From the NCBI GenBank assembly GCA_043819795.1, contig JBDREN010000131.1, positions 1 through 47,411 on the forward strand: 47,411 nucleotides of DNA, given 5' to 3'. This DNA is from Elusimicrobiota bacterium. Its GTDB lineage: Bacteria; Elusimicrobiota; Elusimicrobia; UBA1565. The notes beneath the pieces are model-generated. The model saw only the letters and a list, made by a program, of their open reading frames with translations. It had not been told where the DNA came from and did not search any database. A program made the position numbers and the translations under genes. This document shows, piece after piece, positions 27,365 through 35,780 of this stretch; the first letter of the stretch is position 1, and the number at the start of each line of letters is the position of its first letter.

Positions 27365-28674
27365 TCCAGCGGTACACGCGCCCGGAGATGGCGCGCATCT
27401 GGGACCCGGAGACGCGCATCCGGCGCATGCTCGAGGTGGAGCTCGCTTGGATCGAGGCGATCGCCCGGCCCAAGGGCATCCCCGCCGCGCAGGTCGCGGC
27501 GTTCCGGCGTCTGGCTGGGCGCGGGCGCTTTTCGGCCAAGGTCAGGCGGAAGGAGGCCAAGAGCGCCCACGACGTGGTGGCGCTGCTCGAGGTGGTCTCG
27601 GCCGCGCTGCGCCGCGGGTCTCCCGAGGTGGTCCGCTACCTCCACTACGGCCTGACCTCCTCCGACGTCCTCGATACCGTTCTGGCGCTTCAGCTGCGCG
27701 ACGCGGCCGATCTGCTGCTCGCCGGCTGGAGGGCCGTGACCATCCGGATCAAGGCGCTGGCGCGCCGGCACGCGGCGACGTGGATGGCGGGCCGGACTCA
27801 CGGCGTCCACGCCGAGCCGATGGCGTTCGGCCTGAAGCTGGCCGGCTGGCACGCCGAGGCGCGGCGCGACGCGGCCCGCCTCCAGGAGGCTCGGCGGCAT
27901 ATCGCCTACGGCAAGCTCTCGGGCGCCGTGGGGAGCTTCGCCCACGCCTCCCCCGCCCTCGAGGCGGCGGTCCTCAGAAAGCTCGGTCTGAGGCCGGAGC
28001 CGGTCTCCACTCAGGTCGTGCCGCGCGACCGGCACGCGGCCTATCTCCAGGCGGTGGCGCTCTCGGCGTGCGCGATCGAGCGCTTCGCCGTCGAGATCCG
28101 TCACCTGCAGCGCACCGAGGTCCTGGAGGTATCCGAGCCCTTCGGGCGCGGGCAGAAGGGCTCGTCGGCCATGCCGCACAAGCGCAACCCGGTCCTTTGC
28201 GAGAACCTCTGCGGCCTCGCGCGCCTGGTCCGGGCCCATTCGTCCGCGGCCCTGGAGAACGTGGCGTTGTGGCACGAGCGCGACATCAGCCATTCCTCCG
28301 TTGAGCGCGTCGCGCTACCCGACGCGACGGTCCTTCTGGATTTCATGCTCCACCGCTTCGCCGGAGTGCTCCGGGGTCTCGTGATCGACCCCGCGCGCAT
28401 GCGCAAGAACCTGGAGAGCTCGCTGGGCCTGGCATTCAGCCAGGGGGTGCTCCTGGCGCTCATCGACAAGGGTTTGGGCCGCATGGAGGCCTACGACGTC
28501 GTCCAGCGCGCGGCGATGGAGACCTGGCGCGGCTGGCGGCCGCTGCGCGACACGCTCGCCGCCGATCCCGAGGTCCGGCGCCGCCTTCCGGGGGCCGAAC
28601 TGGAGCGCTGCTTCGACCTGGCGCGCTACGGCCGCGCGACGCGGCGGATACTCGAGCGCGAAGGCATCCTGTGA
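27361..28674 (+). CDS. purB: Adenylosuccinate lyase
   Basis: MIQRYTRPEM, HYGLTSSDVLDT, GRTHGVHAEP, GSSAMPHKRNP and LWHERDISHSS. Confidence 0.97.
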   Translation: MIQRYTRPEMARIWDPETRIRRMLEVELAWIEAIARPKGIPAAQVAAFRRLAGRGRFSAKVRRKEAKSAHDVVALLEVVSAALRRGSPEVVRYLHYGLTSSDVLDTVLALQLRDAADLLLAGWRAVTIRIKALARRHAATWMAGRTHGVHAEPMAFGLKLAGWHAEARRDAARLQEARRHIAYGKLSGAVGSFAHASPALEAAVLRKLGLRPEPVSTQVVPRDRHAAYLQAVALSACAIERFAVEIRHLQRTEVLEVSEPFGRGQKGSSAMPHKRNPVLCENLCGLARLVRAHSSAALENVALWHERDISHSSVERVALPDATVLLDFMLHRFAGVLRGLVIDPARMRKNLESSLGLAFSQGVLLALIDKGLGRMEAYDVVQRAAMETWRGWRPLRDTLAADPEVRRRLPGAELERCFDLARYGRATRRILEREGIL

Positions 28675-29462
28675 GCGGGGTGATCGCCCTTTTGACGGAC
28701 TTCGGGCACAAAGACCCGTTCGCGGGGATCATGAAGGGCGTGATCCTCGCTCGCTGCCCCTGGGCGCGGGTCGTCGATCTCTGCCACGGCGTCCCGCCGC
28801 AGGATGTCCGCGCGGGAGCTCTGCGGCTGATGGCCGCCGTCCCCTATTTCCCGAAGGGGACCCTCTTCGTCTGCGTCGTGGACCCCGGGGTCGGTTCGGA
28901 ACGCGCGATCCTCTGGGCCCGCGGCGCGCGCGGGCAGTTCCTGGCGCCCGACAACGGGCTGCTGAGCTGGGCGTCCCGCGTCGAGCCGCTGCGGGAGGTG
29001 CGCCGCGTCGCGAACGCCCGCCTTTTTCTTGATGAGGTCAGCCGGACGTTTCACGGCCGGGACATCTTCGCCCCGGTCGCCGCGGCGCTCGCGTGCGGCG
29101 TGCCGCCGAGCGAGCTCGGCCCGCGGCGCAGGAAGCTCGTGCGCCTGCCGTTTCCGGAGGCGCGACGCCGGGGAGGAAGAGTGCGGGGGGAGGTGATCGC
29201 GTTCGACGGATTCGGCAACGCGGTCACGAACCTGCGGCCCGCGGACCTGCGGCCGAACGTCTCGCTGGAGGCCTGCGGCCTGGCCCTGGGACCGCTCCGG
29301 AGGGCGTACGCGTCGGTCCCGTCGGGCGGACCGCTGGCGCTCGTGGGGTCCTACGGTTTTGTCGAGCTTTCCGTGCGCGATGGGAACTTCGCCGCGAAGT
29401 ACCGCGTACAAGTGGGGGAGCCGGTTTTTGCCCTGCGGCGCTCTTCCGTCGCGAACCCATGA
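28671..29462 (+). CDS. SAM hydrolase / chlorinase-fluorinase family (DUF62)
   Basis: IALLTDFG, VVDPGVGS, APDNGLL, TFHGRDIFAPVAA and DGFGNAVTN. Confidence 0.93.
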   Translation: MSGVIALLTDFGHKDPFAGIMKGVILARCPWARVVDLCHGVPPQDVRAGALRLMAAVPYFPKGTLFVCVVDPGVGSERAILWARGARGQFLAPDNGLLSWASRVEPLREVRRVANARLFLDEVSRTFHGRDIFAPVAAALACGVPPSELGPRRRKLVRLPFPEARRRGGRVRGEVIAFDGFGNAVTNLRPADLRPNVSLEACGLALGPLRRAYASVPSGGPLALVGSYGFVELSVRDGNFAAKYRVQVGEPVFALRRSSVANP

Positions 29463-29474
29463 AGGGGAGGAACG

Positions 29475-30671
29475 ATGACCACTAAGACGGACGCGATCTC
29501 GCTGACGCTCAAGCCCGGGGAGGAGGACCGCCTGCTGCGGGGCCACCGGTGGGTGTTCTCCAACGAACTGCAGGAGGTCCCGAAGACGGCCGAGCCGGGG
29601 ACGCTGGCGGTCCTGCATACTTCCCGCGGGAAGGCTCTGGGGATGGGATTCTTCAACCCGGGCAGCCTGATCGCGTTCCGGCTCTTGGCGCGCGCGGCCG
29701 TCTCGGTCGACGCGGGCTTCTTCCGGGACCGCTTCCAGGCCTGCCTCGACATGCGCCGGCGCCACCTGGGGGAAGTGGAGTCGTTCCGCCTGGCGTTCGG
29801 AGAGTCCGACGGGCTGCCGGGGCTGATCGTGGACAAGTACGGGGACGTGCTCGTGGTCCAGGTCCTGGCCGCCGGCATGCAGAGGCGGCTCGAGGACATC
29901 CAGACGGCCCTGGTCGATACGGTCTGCGCGAAGGGCGTCTACCTGAAGAACGACCATCCCGTGCGCGCCCTCGAGGGGCTGGACTCCGAGCGTCGGACGC
30001 TCTGGGGGGAGGTCCCGGAAAAGGTGCTGATCGAGGAGGCGGGGCTGAAGTACCACGTGGCCCCGGCGGGCCAGCACAAGACCGGGTTCTATTTCGATCA
30101 TCGCGACAACCGGACAGCGCTTGTGCCCTACGTCAAGGATCGCGTCGTGCTCGACCTCTATTGCTACACGGGGGCCTTCTCGCTGCGCGCGGCGAGAGGC
30201 GGGGCGGCCCGCGCGTTCGGGCTCGACAGCTCCGAGAACGCCGTGGAGCTCGCGAAGGAGAACGCCGGCCTCAACGGGCTTCAGGATGCGTGCCAATTCG
30301 AGTGCGGGGACGCCGAGCAGGTGCTGGCGGATTTCTCCGACACCCGGCGGCGGCTGCGGCCGGATATCGTGGTCCTGGACCCCCCGAGCCTGGTCACCGC
30401 GAAGAAGCACCTGCCGAAGGCCCTTCGGGCCTATGCGCGCCTCAACGCGAACGCCTTCCGGTGCCTGCCCCATGGTGGGCTTGTGGCGACGAGCGCGTGC
30501 TCTCACCACGTGTCGCGCGAAAGCTTCCTGAAGATGCTTCGGGAAGCGGCGGGCAAGGCGCAGAAGACGGTGCGGGTGATGGAGGTCCGCGGCCAGGCCA
30601 AGGACCATCCGTTCCTCTTGAGCATGCCCGAAACCGAGTACCTGCACTTCGCGCTCCTGGAAGTTCTTTGA
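29475..30671 (+). CDS. rlmI: RlmI-type 23S rRNA m5C methyltransferase (PUA + class I SAM domain)
   Basis: GHRWVFSNE, ESDGLPGLIVDKY, GQHKTGFYFDHRDNR, VLDLYCYTGAFS, VLDPP and SACS. Confidence 0.85.
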   Translation: MTTKTDAISLTLKPGEEDRLLRGHRWVFSNELQEVPKTAEPGTLAVLHTSRGKALGMGFFNPGSLIAFRLLARAAVSVDAGFFRDRFQACLDMRRRHLGEVESFRLAFGESDGLPGLIVDKYGDVLVVQVLAAGMQRRLEDIQTALVDTVCAKGVYLKNDHPVRALEGLDSERRTLWGEVPEKVLIEEAGLKYHVAPAGQHKTGFYFDHRDNRTALVPYVKDRVVLDLYCYTGAFSLRAARGGAARAFGLDSSENAVELAKENAGLNGLQDACQFECGDAEQVLADFSDTRRRLRPDIVVLDPPSLVTAKKHLPKALRAYARLNANAFRCLPHGGLVATSACSHHVSRESFLKMLREAAGKAQKTVRVMEVRGQAKDHPFLLSMPETEYLHFALLEVL

Positions 30672-30676
30672 GCCTC

Positions 30677-32941
30677 ATGGACGAGGAGGCGCTCGCGCCC
30701 GGGCTCGGCTGGGAGCCCGAGACCCGCGAGGTCGCGTCCTTACGGAGCTTCCTCGAGCGCGAGCACCAGGCCCACCAGCAGGGCCGGGAGGCGCAATACG
30801 ACCGGCCGGTCGACGATCGGACGGCGTCCGGGTCGGCGATAGACCGGGTGTTCTACACCGGCGTCGAGGAGGGAAAGCAGAGGCTCTTCGTATTCTCCTG
30901 CCGCCGCAACGATTCGCGCTTCCGGCCCGGGACGCGCGTGCGCGTCAGCCGGGGCGATGCCCGCCAGCCCCTCGCGATCCTTGAGCTCGTAGACGACCGC
31001 TACGACGGCAAGAAGTACGTCCTGCGTCTCTCGGGACAGGTGTCCAAGCCGGAGGCCTTCGAGAGCGCCGAGCCGTGGGTGCTCGACGAGGACGTCTTCG
31101 ACCTGCTCGACGTGCAGCTGTCCATCCTGCGCGAGGCCGAGCAAAGCGGCTTCGCCGACTGGCTGGCCGGGTCCGAACCGGCGCCGGCCCCCAACGCCGC
31201 ACCGGAGGGCGTCCGGCACGGCGCCCCTGCCGGGGTCGACGCCGCGCCGGCCGGGGCGTCGTCCTATGAGGAAAACGGCTGCGCGTCCCGGTTCGCGGAG
31301 GGCCTGGAAGGCAGCATACGGGAGGCTTTCGAAAGGGCCTGCCGCGCGCCCCGCTGGTTCGCCGTCCAGGGCCCGCCGGGATCGGGCAAGACGCATCTCC
31401 TGGCGCGGCTCGCGCTTCACTTCGCGCTCGAGCGCGGGCGGCGCGTCCTCATCACCGCCGTCTCGCATCAGGCGATCCACCACGCGCTGGCGGAGACCTA
31501 CTGGGTGGGCGGTCGGATGGCCGAGAGCGACGCATCCATGCGGGAGCTCCTCGACGACGGATTCTTTAAGCTGGGCGCTTCGCGGGGAAACAACGAGGGG
31601 CTGCCGGCCGGTGTGCACGCGGCCATGCGGGTCCCGTACGGGAAGCGGCCCCTGATCGCGGGCGCGACGGTGTACGCGGGCATGAACATGCTCGCGGCCT
31701 CGGGCGGACGCGTTCCGATCCCGACGGTTTCCCCCGAGGCGGCGGGAAGCCGGTCCGGGGCGGTCCTTAAAGGCCTGTTCGACGTCGTCCTCTTCGACGA
31801 GTCCGGCCAGGCGCCTTTGGTGCTGGCGCTCGGGGCCAGGCTCCTGGCCCCGAGCGTAGTCTTCATCGGCGACGACGCGCAGCTTCCCCCGGTCGTGCAG
31901 CTTCCCCCGGATGAGGAGTGCGACCCGCTCGCGCGCGTTTCGACGATCGAGTTCGTCCGCCGGCGCTACGGGGATCCGCTCATGCTCACCGAGACGCGGC
32001 GTCTCAACCGCGAGCTCTGCTCCATCGTGAGCGATTGCTTCTACGACGCCGCGCTCGCGCCCACTCCCGAGGCCGAGTCCCGGGCGTTGCGCCTGACGCT
32101 GCCGCCCGCTGAGCCGTTCGCCGAGGTCTTCCGTCCGGACCGCAGCCTCGTGTTCCTGGACGTGCCGCACTCGGACTGCCGCGCCCTCTCGGAGCCGGAG
32201 GCCCGCTGGGCCGTGGCCATCGTGAGGGAGGCGGTCCGCTGCGGGATCCCCTCCGAGGAGATCGGGGTGATCGCCCCGTACCGCGCGCAGTGCAACCGCA
32301 TCCGGTTCCTGCTCGGCAGGCGGGGGGGGACGAACGCCGCGACGGTGGAGCGCTTCCAGGGCCAGGAGCGCGAGATGGTCGTGATCTCGCTGACGAGCTC
32401 GAACCGGCGCTACCTCGCGCGCCTCGCCGCCTTCCTCTTCAATCCGAACCGCCTCAACGTCGCGGTCAGCCGCGCGCGCACCAAGGTCGTCCTGCTGGGC
32501 TCCCGCAAGGCCTTGACCGAGGCCGCCGAGTCCGCCGGCGAGGCCATGTCGGACTCCGCTGCCTCGGCCGGCTTCCAGGTCTTTCTCACGCTTCTGGAGA
32601 ACGCCCATCACGTGGACGGGACGGACCTTCCGGAAGCGGTCCCCATGCCCTCGGACGCGTCTCTCGTCCGGGACGGCGCGCCCGGGGAGCCTTCAACGCG
32701 TGCGTCTCGCGTCCGTCCCCCGGCGGCGCGGCGCCGCTCGACGGATCTGCCGGCCGCGGAGGTCTTCGAGCCCGGTGAGGTGGTCGTGCACGGGACCTAC
32801 GGGGCCGGCCGCGTGCTCTCCAAGTCCGTCCAGCTCATCGACAACCGGCGCGAGTGGGTCAACGAGGTCCGCTTCAACGACGGCGCCGTGCGCCTCGTCA
32901 TCCCGCGCCTCAGCCGTCCGGCCATGCGAAAGGCCGAATGA
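30677..32941 (+). CDS. SF1B (Upf1/Dna2/NAM7-like) helicase with a C-terminal Tudor-like domain
   Basis: QGPPGSGKT, FDESGQ, IGDDAQLPP, IGVIAPYRAQ, TVERFQGQE and RLNVAVSRAR; C-terminal FEPGEVVVHGTYGAGRV. Confidence 0.88.
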   Translation: MDEEALAPGLGWEPETREVASLRSFLEREHQAHQQGREAQYDRPVDDRTASGSAIDRVFYTGVEEGKQRLFVFSCRRNDSRFRPGTRVRVSRGDARQPLAILELVDDRYDGKKYVLRLSGQVSKPEAFESAEPWVLDEDVFDLLDVQLSILREAEQSGFADWLAGSEPAPAPNAAPEGVRHGAPAGVDAAPAGASSYEENGCASRFAEGLEGSIREAFERACRAPRWFAVQGPPGSGKTHLLARLALHFALERGRRVLITAVSHQAIHHALAETYWVGGRMAESDASMRELLDDGFFKLGASRGNNEGLPAGVHAAMRVPYGKRPLIAGATVYAGMNMLAASGGRVPIPTVSPEAAGSRSGAVLKGLFDVVLFDESGQAPLVLALGARLLAPSVVFIGDDAQLPPVVQLPPDEECDPLARVSTIEFVRRRYGDPLMLTETRRLNRELCSIVSDCFYDAALAPTPEAESRALRLTLPPAEPFAEVFRPDRSLVFLDVPHSDCRALSEPEARWAVAIVREAVRCGIPSEEIGVIAPYRAQCNRIRFLLGRRGGTNAATVERFQGQEREMVVISLTSSNRRYLARLAAFLFNPNRLNVAVSRARTKVVLLGSRKALTEAAESAGEAMSDSAASAGFQVFLTLLENAHHVDGTDLPEAVPMPSDASLVRDGAPGEPSTRASRVRPPAARRRSTDLPAAEVFEPGEVVVHGTYGAGRVLSKSVQLIDNRREWVNEVRFNDGAVRLVIPRLSRPAMRKAE
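31184..31252 (+). repeat. Palindromic repeat family A, copy 6 (full length)
   Basis: Encodes PAPNAAPEGVRHGAPAGVDAAPA in-frame in the linker before Walker A. Confidence 0.95.
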
Positions 32942-32946
32942 ATCCT

Positions 32947-32986
32947 TGTCGCATCCCTCCGCCGCTCGGCAGACGGTTAGTCCGCC
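32947..32986 (+). repeat. Repeat family B, copy 2 (intergenic)
   Basis: TGTCGCATCCCTCCGCCGCTCGGCAGACGGTTAGTCCGCC; 35/40 identical to 15095-15134. Confidence 0.85.
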
Positions 32987-32996
32987 GGCGGAAGTC

Positions 32997-33389
32997 ATGA
33001 GGACCTACCTCATAGACGGGACGAACGTGGTGCGGGGGGGGGCCTACGACCCGCGATTCCCGGACGTCGAGGAGGCGCGGACCGCGAAGCTTCTGGGGCG
33101 CCTGAGCGCTTTGGCCGCTCCCTATCTAGAGAGCATACGCGTTGAGGTCTTTTTCGACGGACCCCGGCGTCCGGTCGTCAGCGTCGATCCGCCGGTCCAC
33201 GTGCGCTTCCCCATCGACGGCCACGCCGACACCGCCATCCTGGGAACGGCGCGCCGCGTGCTCTCTTCGGGGCGCGGGGTGGTGGTGGTTACGGGCGACG
33301 GCGCCCTCGCCGATGAGGTGCTCGAGGAGGGTGGGCGCGTCATGGGCCTCGGCGAGCTCGAGCGCCGCCTGCGCGAGCGCAAGGCCTGA
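32997..33389 (+). CDS. NYN (YacP/Rae1-like, PIN-fold) nuclease domain protein
   Basis: YLIDGTNV, VFFDG, ADTAI and VVTGD acidic motifs. Confidence 0.82.
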   Translation: MRTYLIDGTNVVRGGAYDPRFPDVEEARTAKLLGRLSALAAPYLESIRVEVFFDGPRRPVVSVDPPVHVRFPIDGHADTAILGTARRVLSSGRGVVVVTGDGALADEVLEEGGRVMGLGELERRLRERKA

Positions 33390-33391
33390 GC
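33365..33391 (+). repeat. 27-bp direct repeat, left copy (3' end of the NYN gene)
   Basis: CCGCCTGCGCGAGCGCAAGGCCTGAGC, identical to 35741-35767. Confidence 0.95.
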
Positions 33392-33437
33392 GTCGCGACG
33401 CCGCAAAGCTCGGAGGCGGACGCCGGCTCCCGCGCCG

Positions 33438-35711
33438 CTATTCCAGGATGCCGGCGATGACTTCCTGGGCGGTCGCGATTAGCTCGGCGGCGTCCTCCTC
33501 GGCGATCTTCTTGCCCCTCTGGGCTTTCACCTGGTTGATGAAGGCGTTGAGCTGGTTCGCGGCCGCGTTCTTCCTCCCCTTTTCGAGCGACGCGAGGGCG
33601 CTGCCGGTCTTGGCCGCAAGGCTCGACTCGACCGTCCCGGGCAGGTCGAGCTCCTCGACCATCTCATCGAGGTCATCGACGGTGGGGGGCGCGAGGGTCG
33701 AGTAGCCCACCCCGCCCCAGGTCGCGACCCAAAGGCCGCCGTCGCCGTCGACGGCGTACGCGTTCATCCTCCTGTTGGGCACTTGGCCCTTGCCCAGGAT
33801 GAAGCTTCCCCATTGGGTGCCGTCGAACGTGACCAGGTGGTTCGTGTTCGTCTCCCAATCCGAGGAAAAGCCCCACAGGTTCCCGTTCGGATCGACCGAC
33901 AGGTCCGTGATGGAATGGTTGGGCAAGGGCGCGTTGCTGGAATCATAAGCCGTCCAATCCGTGCCGTCGAACTTGGCGATCCCCCCGCCGACCTCGATCC
34001 ACTCGTCGCCGTCCAAGACCCAGGCGGGACGGAGGCTGACCCAGACGCCTCCGGCGTCGTCGGCCGCGAGGCCGTAGACGGCTTCGGACTGCAGGCCGGC
34101 GTCCAATAGATCATAGGTCGTCCAGGCCGCCCCGTCGAATCTGGCCAGGCCTCCCGGGACCGGGACGTATTGACTGCCGTCCCAAAACGAGCTGGGCGGG
34201 AGCCCGATCCATGCTCCGCCCGCGTCGGCGGCGAGATAGGCGGTGTAGCTGTAATAGAGCCCGGAATCGGATATGGGGTGGACGCTCACGTTGACGTCGT
34301 CGTAGCGCACCAGCTTGCCGCCGGCGTCGTCGGACATCAGTATCCACTTGACCCCGTTGGGATCGACGACCAGGTCCCTGAAGTAGCCCAGGCCGCCGCT
34401 TCCGTAGATGGTCCAATCCGCTCCTTCGAAGAGAACCAGGTCGCTCCCCACCCTCATCCATACGGATCCATCGATATCCGTGTCGAGGACCCATGTGACG
34501 TTGCCCACGTCCGGGATGCCGGAATTCAGGCTGTTGTAGACGGACCAACCCGATCCGTCGAGCTTGGCGAGGCCGCCTCCCCAGGTGCCGAACCATTTGG
34601 CGCCCTGGGCGTCGATATCGATGGATGTGACGTAATTGTCGGGGAGGGATGAGGTGCCGACGTTGTAGACGGACCAGTCCGCACCGTCGTAGCTCGCCAA
34701 CCCTCCGTAGAACCCCAGCCATTTGACCCCGGCGGCGTCGACGAGGACCGTCCAGACGTCCCTGTCCGGCAAGGTCCAGCCGTCGGTAGCCGCCATGCCG
34801 AGATGGTCGGTGTCGTACCGGGTCCAGGTCGAGCCGTCGAACGTCACCAGTCCCTTGTAGGTGCCGATCCACTTGGTGCCGTCGCTCGCGACGTCGATGG
34901 AGCGGACCGCGGTGTGCGGCAGGGGGGAATTGCCGGGATGATAGTGAGTCCAGTTCGATCCGTCGAAATGCGTCAATCCGCCGCTGTTCATCCAGAGGCT
35001 CCCGTCGATGTCGATGGCGAGAGAGTCGACGCGGTCGTTCGGCAGCCCGGAGTTGGCTGTGTTGTAGACCGTCCAATTCGTCCCGTCGAACTTCGCCAGG
35101 CCTCCTCCGTTGGTGGCCAGCCACTTGTTGCCGTCCGCGTCGATCACCATCGAGCGGAAATACTCCTCCGGGAGGCCGGAGTTGCTCTTGTTGTAGACGG
35201 TCCAGTCCGTTCCGTCGAATTTGAACAGCCCCCCCATGAAAACGCCGATCCATTTCGTGCCGTCCGCTTCAACAGCGAGGCAGGTGACGTCGTTTCGCGG
35301 CATGGGGGAGTTGCCGGAATCGTAGACGGTCCAATCGCTTCCATCGAATCTGGCCAGGCCGTTGTCCGTGCCGATCCACAGGTCCCCGTTGATGTCCTTG
35401 GCCAGGCCCGCTACCATATTGTCCGGCAGGCCGGAGTTCGCGGCGTCGTAGCGCGTCATCTCGCCGGTGGTCTTGTCGAGCCTGGTCACTCCCCCGTAGG
35501 TCCCGACCCACAGATGGGAGCCGTCGTCGATAAGAGATGTCACGTTGGCCCCGCTCGTATAGTTCAGCGGGACCGAGGCCGCGGATGCCGCGCCCGCGAA
35601 GGCCAGCACCGCTCCGGCGGCCAAAGCCGATATCGCCAATCCACGGGCCGTGGCCGGCATGGAAAGGGCTGAGCCGCGCGTGGAGCCGATTCTTGTTCTG
35701 AAAAGGGTCAT
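33438..35711 (-). CDS. Secreted double beta-propeller (Reg_prop-type repeats) with a C-terminal FIMAH-like helical domain
   Basis: Signal peptide; many FDG.W..Y...NS.LP...V.....D.DG.W repeats; C-terminal KNAAANQLNAFINQVKAQRGKKI; AGGAGG RBS. Confidence 0.88.
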   Translation of the reverse strand: MTLFRTRIGSTRGSALSMPATARGLAISALAAGAVLAFAGAASAASVPLNYTSGANVTSLIDDGSHLWVGTYGGVTRLDKTTGEMTRYDAANSGLPDNMVAGLAKDINGDLWIGTDNGLARFDGSDWTVYDSGNSPMPRNDVTCLAVEADGTKWIGVFMGGLFKFDGTDWTVYNKSNSGLPEEYFRSMVIDADGNKWLATNGGGLAKFDGTNWTVYNTANSGLPNDRVDSLAIDIDGSLWMNSGGLTHFDGSNWTHYHPGNSPLPHTAVRSIDVASDGTKWIGTYKGLVTFDGSTWTRYDTDHLGMAATDGWTLPDRDVWTVLVDAAGVKWLGFYGGLASYDGADWSVYNVGTSSLPDNYVTSIDIDAQGAKWFGTWGGGLAKLDGSGWSVYNSLNSGIPDVGNVTWVLDTDIDGSVWMRVGSDLVLFEGADWTIYGSGGLGYFRDLVVDPNGVKWILMSDDAGGKLVRYDDVNVSVHPISDSGLYYSYTAYLAADAGGAWIGLPPSSFWDGSQYVPVPGGLARFDGAAWTTYDLLDAGLQSEAVYGLAADDAGGVWVSLRPAWVLDGDEWIEVGGGIAKFDGTDWTAYDSSNAPLPNHSITDLSVDPNGNLWGFSSDWETNTNHLVTFDGTQWGSFILGKGQVPNRRMNAYAVDGDGGLWVATWGGVGYSTLAPPTVDDLDEMVEELDLPGTVESSLAAKTGSALASLEKGRKNAAANQLNAFINQVKAQRGKKIAEEDAAELIATAQEVIAGILE

Positions 35712-35740
35712 AGATCCCTCCTATTCTCACCACCGTCTGA

Positions 35741-35767
35741 CCGCCTGCGCGAGCGCAAGGCCTGAGC
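35741..35767 (+). repeat. 27-bp direct repeat, right copy
   Basis: Identical to 33365-33391, 2376 bp away. Confidence 0.95.
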
Positions 35768-35780
35768 TTCTCGCCCGGGT

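Noticed and set aside
29549..30676. N-terminal 376 codons of the 1130-aa ORF
   Set aside because: Alternative-frame shadow of the RlmI-type gene; the helicase plausibly starts at ATG 30677.
3890..31252. Repeat family A as a CRISPR array
   Set aside because: Copies are dispersed over 27 kb at irregular distances, mostly inside genes, with no spacer structure and no cas genes.
33365..35767. Integron cassette (attC) explanation for the repeat-flanked gene
   Set aside because: No GTTRRRY/RYYYAAC core sites or integron integrase seen; the repeat is simply the NYN gene 3' end.
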